In this document: piece by piece, positions 27,028 to 35,951 of the stretch
Position numbering within the stretch: the stretch's first letter is position 1
How the letters are laid out: each line of letters opens with the position of its first letter
Position numbers and translations under genes: made by a program
The notes under the pieces: model-generated
Databases searched by the model: none
Told to the model about the DNA's origin: nothing
Seen by the model: the letters and a program-made list of their open reading frames with translations, nothing else
Virus record (IMG/VR): IMGVR_UViG_3300046524_000073
Origin: an uncultured virus (IMG/VR IMGVR_UViG_3300046524_000073)
Taxonomy: Duplodnaviria; Heunggongvirae; Uroviricota; Caudoviricetes
Length of the DNA stretch: 64,000 nt
Strand: one strand, 5' to 3'

Positions 27028-27716
27028 GGCAGGGCGGATACGTTGATGTTGGGCGTCGGCACCGGGTAGGTAGTGCCCATATCAGATACTGCAGCATTCT
27101 TGCCTGGATCAGCCATAACCGATGAATCGGGGACGGTCACGGTTTGCGTCTGCGCCATCAGAATCTGTTTGCAGCCGATCCGCACAATCAATGAGTTCTC
27201 GGCCTCCTTGTCCGTCGTCGTCGACAAGGACTTTATCAGCATGTTCTTGTAGGTGCGCTTACCGGTGTAGATCGTGAACAGGGTTCTAGCCCGGTAGAGC
27301 GTCAGCAGATTGCTATACGCCTGCTGAACGACAGATAGGCCGCCACTAAGCGACGTGAGCGCCGTGGCGACTCCAGATACGGCCTCTGCGGCTGCAACCA
27401 AAGTTCTGGCAGCGCCGTTCTGTGCCGCGGCGAATCCAGCCAAGGCACCTACAGCACTTGTCTGATTGGGGCTATTGGAAAACCCGTATGTCAGAATCAA
27501 TTCTGCCGGCCTCACGAAGGCATGGTCGGCAATGACCGTGCCTTGCTCGACAGGATGCTCAGTGACCTCTAGCTCGTCCTGATGAACTTCCTCGAGAACT
27601 GCCTGAGCAACAATTGCCAATGTTCCATCCGCAAGGGACATACCGCGTTTTGGCTTGATGACCAGCAGTTGAAGCCCAATCTGAGCGCCGGACTCGAGAA
27701 ATCCTAAAGCGCTCAT
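27024..27716 (-). CDS. Tail tube initiator/Dit-like baseplate protein
   Basis: E.H.D.LEVTEHPVEQG..IADHA...TGKRTYKNMLI. Confidence 0.8.
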   Translation of the reverse strand: MSALGFLESGAQIGLQLLVIKPKRGMSLADGTLAIVAQAVLEEVHQDELEVTEHPVEQGTVIADHAFVRPAELILTYGFSNSPNQTSAVGALAGFAAAQNGAARTLVAAAEAVSGVATALTSLSGGLSVVQQAYSNLLTLYRARTLFTIYTGKRTYKNMLIKSLSTTTDKEAENSLIVRIGCKQILMAQTQTVTVPDSSVMADPGKNAAVSDMGTTYPVPTPNINVSALP

Positions 27717-29293
27717 TGAACCGCTCCTGCGAAGTTTCTAACCATATCGCCGTTGACGCGGCCCTGTTCCCCGAGAACAGTGCGGGCCGTGCCGTGCGGA
27801 TCCGGTGAGCCGTGGACGTGAATGTCGGTTTTCTGTTGAATCGTCACCGAACCACCAGCAGCCGATGCAGATCCAACCCCCAACTTGCCATATGCCGATC
27901 CGTTCTCGTGGGCAAAGATAGCCTGCGACAAAGAACCAAGCTGGCTTCCATTCAATACCTGATCAGGCGACAGCCCTAGCTTTTTTGCCACATCAGCAAT
28001 GTAGGCCTGAGTATTGTTTTCATTGCCGGGCGCCCAACGAGATATGACTTTGCGAATCGTATCGAAGCCGCGTGCCGCATAGCTACGGAGCAGCGCCATC
28101 GTAGCCTGCATCCCGGTTTGCATATCAGCAAAGATCGCAAAACCCTTGTCATCTGCGCCGATGGCACCAGCGCTGTTTGCAAAACTGCCGGACCGAATAT
28201 TCCCGGGGTTATTGTTACGGATACCGCGGGGCGATGATGAGGTGGGCGGCAATTCAATAACGGCGCCGAATGATTCTCCAGCTTGCCCCGCCTGAGATCC
28301 TCCAAACAACCGCTCAGCCGCCTGGCGCTTCTTCCGAATCCAGGCAATGAATGGGCTATCACCCGTGTGATATCCATCTGCCGGTGTAGCAGTGCTGCTA
28401 CCACCAAAAACACTTGCTATCTTCGCGATGCCGCCAGCAATATTGCCGATGACCTTGGCAACTTCCCAGGCCTTCGAGAGAAAGACATCGACGTCTTTGC
28501 CGACCTCATCCCAGTTGATCTCAGAGACCCACTTCGCCACAGCCTCAAGGGCCGTTGCGATCTTCTGAGCCACCTTATCGGCGTTGCCTGCTTCCCACCG
28601 CTCAAACTGGGCAACGATGGTTTGCAGGACCGGTGCCAGATGCTCCTGCAGCAACACCCAGAACAGATGAACGTCGGACAGCAGATCGCGGATTGAGTTA
28701 TCGAAATCCGTTCCTGCCTGCGCCGCCTGTTCCGGGTTGATGCCGAACGCACCAAGGTTAGCTCGATACCGGTCCTGGGCCGCCTGAATCTTCGGCAGTC
28801 CATTTTCTAGCATCAGCAGCGTATCGGGATCGATGCCGAACAGGCCTGCATATTGCGCCGCGATGTACGGCTGCATCTGCTTCATCTTGCCGACGAAGCC
28901 CTGGAACTGCTCGAGGGGGCCGTTGCCGGTTACGCCTAGCTGCTGGAGCAGCCCGTTCATGCCGGGATTCAGCCGCAGAGTGCGCGTGAAGCCTTCGAGC
29001 GACGTCTGCGCCTGGTCGGCAGTTAATCCGATCTGACCTGCGGCATAGCGCAACGCCATGAGGTTGCCGACCGTCTCGCCTGTACGCTGCGATGCATAGT
29101 ACAGGCGCTCCATCTCTCCTGAGATGATTTTGACGCCGGCCACAACTGCGCCGGCTGTAGCGACAATCGCGGCACCAAGTCCCATCACCATCTTGGTGAC
29201 GGACGCCAGTGAAGCGGTGAATTTCTTCAGGCTGGTTTCATCGGTCTTGTAGCCGATAGAAACCATGAACTCCCTAATGACGTCTTCGTTCAT
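27713..29293 (-). CDS. Tape measure protein with a C-terminal lysozyme-like domain
   Basis: Ala-rich helical body; RGIRNNNPGNIR...RWAP..ENNT.AY...HEN. Confidence 0.8.
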   Translation of the reverse strand: MNEDVIREFMVSIGYKTDETSLKKFTASLASVTKMVMGLGAAIVATAGAVVAGVKIISGEMERLYYASQRTGETVGNLMALRYAAGQIGLTADQAQTSLEGFTRTLRLNPGMNGLLQQLGVTGNGPLEQFQGFVGKMKQMQPYIAAQYAGLFGIDPDTLLMLENGLPKIQAAQDRYRANLGAFGINPEQAAQAGTDFDNSIRDLLSDVHLFWVLLQEHLAPVLQTIVAQFERWEAGNADKVAQKIATALEAVAKWVSEINWDEVGKDVDVFLSKAWEVAKVIGNIAGGIAKIASVFGGSSTATPADGYHTGDSPFIAWIRKKRQAAERLFGGSQAGQAGESFGAVIELPPTSSSPRGIRNNNPGNIRSGSFANSAGAIGADDKGFAIFADMQTGMQATMALLRSYAARGFDTIRKVISRWAPGNENNTQAYIADVAKKLGLSPDQVLNGSQLGSLSQAIFAHENGSAYGKLGVGSASAAGGSVTIQQKTDIHVHGSPDPHGTARTVLGEQGRVNGDMVRNFAGAVQ

Positions 29294-29529
29294 TTCCGGC
29301 TTTCCATGTATGCCTGAATGCGGCGCTCGTTCTCGTTTTTAACGCTGAGCGCATCGACAAGAAGCGCGATGTCAGCCAGATCAACAGTTCCGTCGATCAA
29401 TGATTCATACTTGATCAACCCCTCCATGACAGGCAGAAGTAACCAGTCTTCTCCATCTGGAAGCGAGGCGAGGCTTACGCCACTCAGGCCGCCACCTGAG
29501 AAGTCAGCGACGACCCTGCGGGAAAAAAA
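29290..29529 (-). CDS. Tail assembly chaperone C-terminal extension (probably via -1 frameshift)
   Basis: -1 frame open from AGTTTTTTTCCC: LPDGEDWLL.PV...YESL.DG.VDLADIA. Confidence 0.65.
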   Translation of the reverse strand, partial: FFSRRVVADFSGGGLSGVSLASLPDGEDWLLLPVMEGLIKYESLIDGTVDLADIALLVDALSVKNENERRIQAYMESRK

Positions 29530-29885
29530 CTCCCGAGATTTCCCTGAATGACGGCGACGGTCAGTTGCAGCATCTGCGCCATATCGATGTCCTGAAACAT
29601 CAGGCCGCCGTTGCGGACCATGACGCTGGCCCACTGGTTATTGCTCTGGCGCTGGACGGCGGCGAGGCATGTGTCGATCACGTAATCCGTGTCTTCATCC
29701 GACATCTTCGACAGCGCTTCAGCGATCGGCGCCACCAGCTCGGCAAATCCCTTAGATTCGCCTTGCAACGCACCGCCCAGGCCTGCGAGCAATGGAGCCA
29801 GCCGGCGGGCAACGTGAAACTGCTTTTTGGCATCGAGGCGGCCGATTCGGTATTGCTGCCCGCCAACGTCGATCAAGTCACTCAT
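29484..29885 (-). CDS. Tail assembly chaperone
   Basis: Between tube and tape measure; YRIGRLDAKKQFHVARR...NLGSFF. Confidence 0.8.
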   Translation of the reverse strand: MSDLIDVGGQQYRIGRLDAKKQFHVARRLAPLLAGLGGALQGESKGFAELVAPIAEALSKMSDEDTDYVIDTCLAAVQRQSNNQWASVMVRNGGLMFQDIDMAQMLQLTVAVIQGNLGSFFPAGSSLTSQVAA

Positions 29886-29887
29886 GA

Positions 29888-30331
29888 TCAGGTACCTGCA
29901 GCCAATGCAGGATCCACGATGCCCGCGTTAAATTCCCATTCGATCGTGCCGGCTTCCTTGGCGTAATCGTTCTTCGGAAACTTGGTAAAGGCGACCAGCT
30001 GACAGGTGTACACGTCGCCGCGGATCGTGTCCGACGCGGTGAATATGTTTTGCCCCCAGTTGGCCGAGCTCGTGCGCTGGAAGTTGTACATCGCCGACAA
30101 AAGGGCGTTCGTTGACGAAGTCTTCTGCAGGCGAATGGTTAGCTTGCCAGCCTTGCTCGCATTCAGGCTGTGCATCGGCGTCCCGTCTGCGCCGATCTTC
30201 ATGTTGTCGGCCTCTTCGGTGAATTCGACCGAGAAACCTTCTTCTGCGATGCCCGCGCCAGATCCCAAGGAGATTGCACCACCAGGGCCGATCAGCGAGG
30301 CATTGAAATTCAGAAATGAGTAGGTTGCCAT
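29888..30331 (-). CDS. Tail tube protein (DUF3277-like)
   Basis: TYSF...AEEG...IGADG...N..LS; follows the sheath gene. Confidence 0.85.
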   Translation of the reverse strand: MATYSFLNFNASLIGPGGAISLGSGAGIAEEGFSVEFTEEADNMKIGADGTPMHSLNASKAGKLTIRLQKTSSTNALLSAMYNFQRTSSANWGQNIFTASDTIRGDVYTCQLVAFTKFPKNDYAKEAGTIEWEFNAGIVDPALAAGT

Positions 30332-30340
30332 CAATGATCC

Positions 30341-32152
30341 TTACTGGTTGACCGTGATTGCGATATTTGCGCTATGGATTGCGCCCGCTTCCTTGGCTGC
30401 GATCTGGAATGCGACGGACTTGCGTGCCGCCCGATTAGCCTGGTTCTGGGTAGCGATCGGAGGTGCGAACACGTAAAAGCCCTTCGGCATGTAATCGCCT
30501 TCATTCAGCGTGCCGAAGCCCGACGAATTCCACGTACCAGGAGCCAGGAAGCCGTTGGTCACGTACTGCGCACAGACCTGCTCCATCGTCGTCAGGATCA
30601 GGTGATTGCCAGCGTCCGTTTGCGGGATCTTGGTCGTCGACGTGTACAGCAGGTTGAACACCGCGTTCTGGATGTCGATCGCCAGGTTGTCGGCGCCCAT
30701 CACGGAATCGATGAAGTCGCCAGAGCAGCACACGCCCTGCTCGATGATCGCGGTGTTGTTGTCGTAGGCCACAAACACGTTGCAGTTGAATGCTTCGAGC
30801 GCATTTGCCTGCGTCGTGTTGATGTTCTCGGCAACGATGCCCGGCTCCTGCTTGAACTTCAGCGTGATAACCGTGTTGTTGCCGGTATAGTCCGTTGTCA
30901 GGATGCGGGCGAGCAGCGAGACGGCGGCATAGGCATTCGAACTCGAGTACTGGACAGCTGTCTTCTTGTAACCGGCCAGCTTCAGCTGATAGGCAATGTT
31001 CGTCGTATCGCTCGCGACCAGTACCGCCGCCTCCTGCGTCGACACGCCGTAGAAATGCTTGGTCGTCGTTGCTTCGATATACGGCGCGATCAACAGGTGA
31101 TCTGCATCGATTGCGGACGGAACCGTGACGGCATACCATTGCTGGCCGTAGTTCTGGTCGAACAGGGTAACTGCCGACAGTGCAGATTCAGCAGCGATGC
31201 CTTGCGAGACATACGCGCCGGACGATGCCGCGGTCATGCCGAGCATGGCCGAAATGTCAGTTCCACTGCCACCGGTCAGTGTGGCGCCAGAAGGCGTAGC
31301 CACCGATGCGGCCAGCGTGAACGTGTTGCCCGCCGCGCCGGGCGTCTTGTAGACGATCTGGAGCGCTGTGCTCGCCTGATTGACCGAGTAGGTCGCCTTG
31401 GAAAGGTTGACGTCTGCCGACTGGTTCAGGAATGTGACGGCGTTCGCAAGCGTCGCCGCAAGCGTCGCGCCGATCAGGATCTGGTTGCCGGTCGTCAGCG
31501 AAGTGACGAACGTTACGGCAGTGCCGCCGATCGTGATCGTGGCTGCTGCGCTGGGATTCACGGCGAACGTGATCGAGCCAAAAGCAGTCGGCGCAGTGGC
31601 GAAACTCAGAGTCGACGCTACACCGGTCATGCCATCCGTGATTTGGAACTGCTGGAACGTCGAATTCCAGACGCACGTCGAACCTGCGACAGCCGCAGCC
31701 AGAGCCGTCTGGATTAATGCCGCGATGCCGTTCAGGTTCGTCGACGTGCCGAAGCTGGCCGGCGAGATCGTGTAAGGCGAGCCGTTGATCGTGATCGAGA
31801 ATGCGGGCGTAGTGACGGCATTCCACGCGGCTATCGATTGCTGCGCAGCAGACAGGGTGGCGCCGAACAACTGCGCGGCCACCGCGGTCTTCGCCCAGCG
31901 GCCAACCATGACCGAGGCGGGCTGGGGGGCCTGCTCAAACCACAGGACGGCAGCCTTATATTCCTCGGCGCTCGTGCCGAAGTCGGTAGCCAGATCCGCA
32001 ATATCGGAATAGGTGCGGAAACGCGACACAGGGTCGATGACGTTCGACGTCCCGAGAATCAGCAGCGTTGAGGTATTTTGCGACTGAGCAGCGCTCTGCG
32101 TGAGGGTGATCGTCGCATTGACCAACCGGCTGACTGGAAGGGTGTTCGCCAT
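30341..32152 (-). CDS. Tail sheath protein (DUF3383-like)
   Basis: FG...EEYKAA..WF.Q.PQP; ITLKFKQEPG; KIPQTDAG; AGAIH. Confidence 0.9.
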   Translation of the reverse strand: MANTLPVSRLVNATITLTQSAAQSQNTSTLLILGTSNVIDPVSRFRTYSDIADLATDFGTSAEEYKAAVLWFEQAPQPASVMVGRWAKTAVAAQLFGATLSAAQQSIAAWNAVTTPAFSITINGSPYTISPASFGTSTNLNGIAALIQTALAAAVAGSTCVWNSTFQQFQITDGMTGVASTLSFATAPTAFGSITFAVNPSAAATITIGGTAVTFVTSLTTGNQILIGATLAATLANAVTFLNQSADVNLSKATYSVNQASTALQIVYKTPGAAGNTFTLAASVATPSGATLTGGSGTDISAMLGMTAASSGAYVSQGIAAESALSAVTLFDQNYGQQWYAVTVPSAIDADHLLIAPYIEATTTKHFYGVSTQEAAVLVASDTTNIAYQLKLAGYKKTAVQYSSSNAYAAVSLLARILTTDYTGNNTVITLKFKQEPGIVAENINTTQANALEAFNCNVFVAYDNNTAIIEQGVCCSGDFIDSVMGADNLAIDIQNAVFNLLYTSTTKIPQTDAGNHLILTTMEQVCAQYVTNGFLAPGTWNSSGFGTLNEGDYMPKGFYVFAPPIATQNQANRAARKSVAFQIAAKEAGAIHSANIAITVNQ

Positions 32153-32168
32153 GTGTGCGTCCCAAAAG

Positions 32169-32191
32169 AAAAAGCCCGCTTAAGGCGGGCT
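32169..32191 (-). terminator. Intrinsic terminator
   Basis: AGCCCGC/GCGGGCT stem plus T-tract. Confidence 0.7.
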
Positions 32192-32213
32192 CTGAAATTT
32201 GCTAAGAGAGGGG

Positions 32214-32795
32214 TTATTGCTGGACGACGATGTCAGTCGTTACGCTATCTGCTTCAAGCGTCCCATCAGCCGACAGGATGTTCAGGACCGGGTATGCGCG
32301 CACCACCTGGCGGCGTAGCCTGAGATTCAGGTCATACCGCTTTACCCATTGCTGATTGATGAGTTCCGGCGCGGCGGTGATCTTCTTGGCCTCAAGCACA
32401 TCGAAGCCGGCGCCCATCAGCGCCTCGCGATTCTGCGCAATGTAGAGACCGTTTCGCGCGAGCTTTGCATAGCCCATGCTATTCGGGCCGTAGAAACTCG
32501 CCAGCACATTAAGCGTCTCGTGCTGGTAGAAATTGTCCTGCCCGTTGCCAGATGACTTATGAATGACCGCGGGATAATCGTCGGGATCGTCCTCGGTCAG
32601 GCCAATCGCGCACCAGTTTTCAGTCGGTTCAGGCTGTTTTGGAACGGTGGGTTGCCAGCGCGGGCGAACCATATTCCCTGGCAGTCCGGTCAGACCTACG
32701 ACAAGTTGCTGGAATACAGCGTCAAGCGCAGCGTCTTCAAGCGGAGGCGAACTCGACAGCGGCAGGATGTAGCCGCCAGTCGATGAATCGTTCAT
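32214..32795 (-). CDS. Neck/tail terminator protein
   Basis: MNDSSTGGY...VRPRWQ...SFYGP; position. Confidence 0.75.
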   Translation of the reverse strand: MNDSSTGGYILPLSSSPPLEDAALDAVFQQLVVGLTGLPGNMVRPRWQPTVPKQPEPTENWCAIGLTEDDPDDYPAVIHKSSGNGQDNFYQHETLNVLASFYGPNSMGYAKLARNGLYIAQNREALMGAGFDVLEAKKITAAPELINQQWVKRYDLNLRLRRQVVRAYPVLNILSADGTLEADSVTTDIVVQQ

Positions 32796-32796
32796 G

Positions 32797-33171
32797 TCAT
32801 CCTCCCGACAGCGGAATCAGTTCGCAGTTCGCCGCAGTGAAGCCGATGCCGAAACGGGACCAGTCTCCAACATTCGTCACGGTGTAACTGCGACCGTTCC
32901 ACGTCACTATGTCAGCGTCCTGTCCATTGTCGCCAGCCTGCAGCAGGAAGCGGCTATGCACGGTGATCGAGCCTTGAATGCGCGATCCTTCTGCCAGGCG
33001 CATCAACAGGTCGCCCGTATTGTTGGTCACCACGCCATAGAAGGGCGTCGATATTGCGCTGTCCGTCGCGATGCCGTTGTCATCCACGGTCTGCGTTTGC
33101 CGCGCACAGACGAGGCTATCCACGAAATCCGGATCGAGCAGGATTTCGGAGACGTCTAAAAGTGGGGGCAT
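32797..33171 (-). CDS. Head closure/head-tail adaptor
   Basis: LDVSEILLDPDF...AD.V.W.G..Y. Confidence 0.7.
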   Translation of the reverse strand: MPPLLDVSEILLDPDFVDSLVCARQTQTVDDNGIATDSAISTPFYGVVTNNTGDLLMRLAEGSRIQGSITVHSRFLLQAGDNGQDADIVTWNGRSYTVTNVGDWSRFGIGFTAANCELIPLSGG

Positions 33172-33175
33172 GGCG

Positions 33176-33658
33176 CTATTTGTTTCTGATGACGTGCGTG
33201 ACTGAATTGCGTAGTTGCGCGGTATCCACAAGAGTGTTTTCACGCGTCACGCCGCGGCGGCGCCTTGCCTCGAGTGTTGAGTCGGCGAGCTTCGGTTGAA
33301 TATTGCTGTTGATTTTGGCTTTGACTGACATCTCTGCGGTCAAGCCTGCGGCGGTGAGCGCTGCATCTGCGCCGGATGGATTACCGCTTAACGCAGCGGT
33401 GGCGCCTTTCTTAAGGCGCTCCGCGCATTGAGTCTGGACATCCTGCACACCCGGGACAAGCCACGGCCGGGCGGGGATGTTCTTCGCCGGCGATCCCTTG
33501 TCGAGGATATAGCCGATCTGCGCATTGCTGATCGGCGCTTCCTTGCGCTCTGGTGCGCTGTCGGGGATGCCAACCAGCACGTCTTTGCCGGAGAGCCTGT
33601 TGATGGCGTCGATGATGGCCTGCATATTATCGACCGTCATCGTTGCGCCAGATTTCAT
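33176..33658 (-). CDS. Neck/virion morphogenesis protein
   Basis: VLVGIP...NAQIGYI...IPARPWL...LVDT.QLR. Confidence 0.75.
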   Translation of the reverse strand: MKSGATMTVDNMQAIIDAINRLSGKDVLVGIPDSAPERKEAPISNAQIGYILDKGSPAKNIPARPWLVPGVQDVQTQCAERLKKGATAALSGNPSGADAALTAAGLTAEMSVKAKINSNIQPKLADSTLEARRRRGVTRENTLVDTAQLRNSVTHVIRNK

Positions 33659-33664
33659 GTTGCC

Positions 33665-34066
33665 TCAACAATGCCCGTTGATCTGAAGACCCCCCGCGCC
33701 GAACATGCGGGCGAGGCTTAAATACCGAATACCGTACGAGGTAAGCGCCCAAAATCCTGCGCCATCTAGCGCCGCGGCGCCCGTGTCGTAGCTCGTGCTG
33801 ACCTTGTCAACAGCCTTCGCAGAGGTCGGTCCGGTCATTGTGCCGGGAACGCCTCCAACTGCTGCAGCAGTCTGGTCGCGTACCGACAGCGCCAGATGGT
33901 GCGCCGTAACCAGCTCGATACCGATGTTGGTCAACTCCACCCATCGGTCAGCATTGACGAGCGATGTAGCCACCGTCAGCCACGTCTGGACCAACGAATC
34001 TGGGTAGGTGGTCGCGTCCGAGAACTCAGGAAAGTCCGAACGTAGCTGGGCAGGAGTGACGGTCAT
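33665..34066 (-). CDS. Head-tail connector (DUF4054-like)
   Basis: R.DFPEF...YPD...L.TAH...KVS.SYD...T.YG. Confidence 0.85.
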   Translation of the reverse strand: MTVTPAQLRSDFPEFSDATTYPDSLVQTWLTVATSLVNADRWVELTNIGIELVTAHHLALSVRDQTAAAVGGVPGTMTGPTSAKAVDKVSTSYDTGAAALDGAGFWALTSYGIRYLSLARMFGAGGLQINGHC

Positions 34067-34245
34067 GATTTAGCGGGTCGGCCGGGTTTTCGCTGTTCTA
34101 CTTCGACAGCAGGCGCTTCGTCTGTGTGATGCAGCACGAACCAGTGCGATTCGTACTCTGCGGGGATCGTGTCGCCAGCCTTGAAGTACAGCGGCCGGTA
34201 GTCGTCGCGGGTCAGGGTGAAATCCTGATTGGCGATGCGGGTCAT
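34063..34245 (-). CDS. Small virion-associated protein
   Basis: GGAG RBS; HWFV..H; ATGA overlap. Confidence 0.7.
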   Translation of the reverse strand: MTRIANQDFTLTRDDYRPLYFKAGDTIPAEYESHWFVLHHTDEAPAVEVEQRKPGRPAKS

Positions 34246-34301
34246 ATTATGCTCCGGGAAATCGCCGGGAGACGTCGTGCTAGACGTCTCCCGGCAGCCG
34301 C

Positions 34302-35366
34302 TTAGATTCCGTCGCGGTACGAGACCGTGGTCGAGTAGCGGAATTCAACTTGACCGAAGCGCGCCCAATACGTCGTGATCTGGTACAGCGAACGATACTC
34401 AAGCGGCGTACGCTGCAACTCCGTCATCGGGTACTGGACGTACTTCTTGTCCTTGTTGTACGCGACCATACGGTCCACCGTGCCCAGCGTGCCCGGCGTG
34501 CCGCCAGCACCAGCGCCGATCAGCCACTTGAGCGGGAGAATTTCCAGCTTCGTGCCTGACTTCGTGCAGATGTTGTTCTCGAGCAGATACGTCAGGATCG
34601 AGTAGTTCGCTGCGGTGTTGACCATCGTCGACGCGAGGTAGCCATACTGTGCCGGCGGGATCATCAGGCGGTTCGGCATGACCTTCCAGCCAGCGTTCGC
34701 CCAGGTCGTCGTCAGGATTTCGTTGACGTCCTTGAGAATTTCGGCGGGCGTCTTGGTCGTCCATTGCGGAGTGGTGCTCGCGCCGTTCGCTACGTTGCTC
34801 GGCGTGATGATCGACGAGGCATTGACCAGACCAGCCGTGCCAATGGTTGTGTCGCCGAAATAGACCAGGTTGTCCAGGTCCATGTTGCGCTTGAGGTTCA
34901 TGGCTTCAACCTTTTGCGCGTCAACCGGCTGGCCGAGGGCTTGCGCCTTCACCAGTTCGGGGACGGTGTACTTGACCTCAGCACCCCACAGGCGAACCTG
35001 TTGTGCGGTCTTGCCGATGTCGAGCGACGGTCCCGCGATCGCGTTGCCTTCGTTCGAGATCCAGTTGATGCCGCCCGGCGTCATGCCGCCAGCCATCGCG
35101 AATGCCGAGTTCGTGAACGAAGCGAGTTCGTCAGCCGGCGAGACGTCCGTGCGGATGTCGATGTCGCGCGACCAGGTGAATTCGACCAGCGGCTCGTTGA
35201 GCGTCTGATCCAGACGTTCGAGCTGGCCGACGAGGAAGGCACCCGTCGAGTCAAGCGTCGCTTGATCGTAGGTCATCATGCCATCGGTCGTGAAGTGGCG
35301 AGCGAACTTGCGCGACGCTTCAGCGATCTCCCGGCGCTTCAGGAATTTTTGAACAGACATGTCCAT
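34302..35366 (-). CDS. Major capsid protein (DUF2184-like)
   Basis: GAFLVGQLERLD...YT..EL..A...G.P.D; strong codon bias. Confidence 0.9.
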   Translation of the reverse strand: MDMSVQKFLKRREIAEASRKFARHFTTDGMMTYDQATLDSTGAFLVGQLERLDQTLNEPLVEFTWSRDIDIRTDVSPADELASFTNSAFAMAGGMTPGGINWISNEGNAIAGPSLDIGKTAQQVRLWGAEVKYTVPELVKAQALGQPVDAQKVEAMNLKRNMDLDNLVYFGDTTIGTAGLVNASSIITPSNVANGASTTPQWTTKTPAEILKDVNEILTTTWANAGWKVMPNRLMIPPAQYGYLASTMVNTAANYSILTYLLENNICTKSGTKLEILPLKWLIGAGAGGTPGTLGTVDRMVAYNKDKKYVQYPMTELQRTPLEYRSLYQITTYWARFGQVEFRYSTTVSYRDGI

Positions 35367-35388
35367 TGATTTATTGCTCCAGAAATGC

Positions 35389-35409
35389 AAAACCCCGCCG
35401 AAGCGGGGT
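35389..35409 (-). terminator. Intrinsic terminator/hairpin before the capsid gene
   Basis: ACCCCGC-TTCG-GCGGGGT plus TTT on the minus strand. Confidence 0.65.
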
Positions 35410-35435
35410 CTCAGAGGCGATTGGGCGCCGGGAAT

Positions 35436-35942
35436 TTAGATGTTGACTGCGACTTCTGTGATCCCGTATGCGTCAGCGGGGCCAGTGAAGTACCAGTTCG
35501 ACGGCATGGCGATCGTGTTGGTCGTGTCCGAGGCGGCTTCGAAACCACCAAGCGGTTTGCCAGCGGACGGCGTGGCGACGCGCACATACACGGTGCCGCC
35601 CTTGGCCGCAGTGGCAACGCCACCGAGCGAGACCATCACATAGCCGCGCTTGAGGATGTCAGTCACGCCAGAGGTCGGCGGCGTCGACGTGCCAAGCGGG
35701 TCGGTACCGTTGCCTTGAATCGGATAGGGGCGCAGATTGACGCCCTGCACGAGCGCAGCGGTGTCGCCTGACAGGTTGATCGGCTGCACCTTGCCCGAAA
35801 CGTACTTGACGGCCACGCCAAACACGGTCGGCGGCGTCGCCGAGTCGATCAGCTGAGTCTCGATCGTCGCGACTTCGGCGCGCTGAAGGTCACCGGCGAA
35901 ACCAGCCGGCATGCGGAATTGATAAGCTTGCAACGAGGGCAT
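35436..35942 (-). CDS. Capsid decoration/cement protein
   Basis: YQFRMPAGFAG...RPYP...KRGY..V...VYVR. Confidence 0.8.
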   Translation of the reverse strand: MPSLQAYQFRMPAGFAGDLQRAEVATIETQLIDSATPPTVFGVAVKYVSGKVQPINLSGDTAALVQGVNLRPYPIQGNGTDPLGTSTPPTSGVTDILKRGYVMVSLGGVATAAKGGTVYVRVATPSAGKPLGGFEAASDTTNTIAMPSNWYFTGPADAYGITEVAVNI

Positions 35943-35951
35943 GTCGGCTCC

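Noticed and set aside
30374..31717. 447-aa + strand ORF
   Set aside because: Antisense shadow of the tail sheath gene, expected from GC-rich codon bias; not protein-like.
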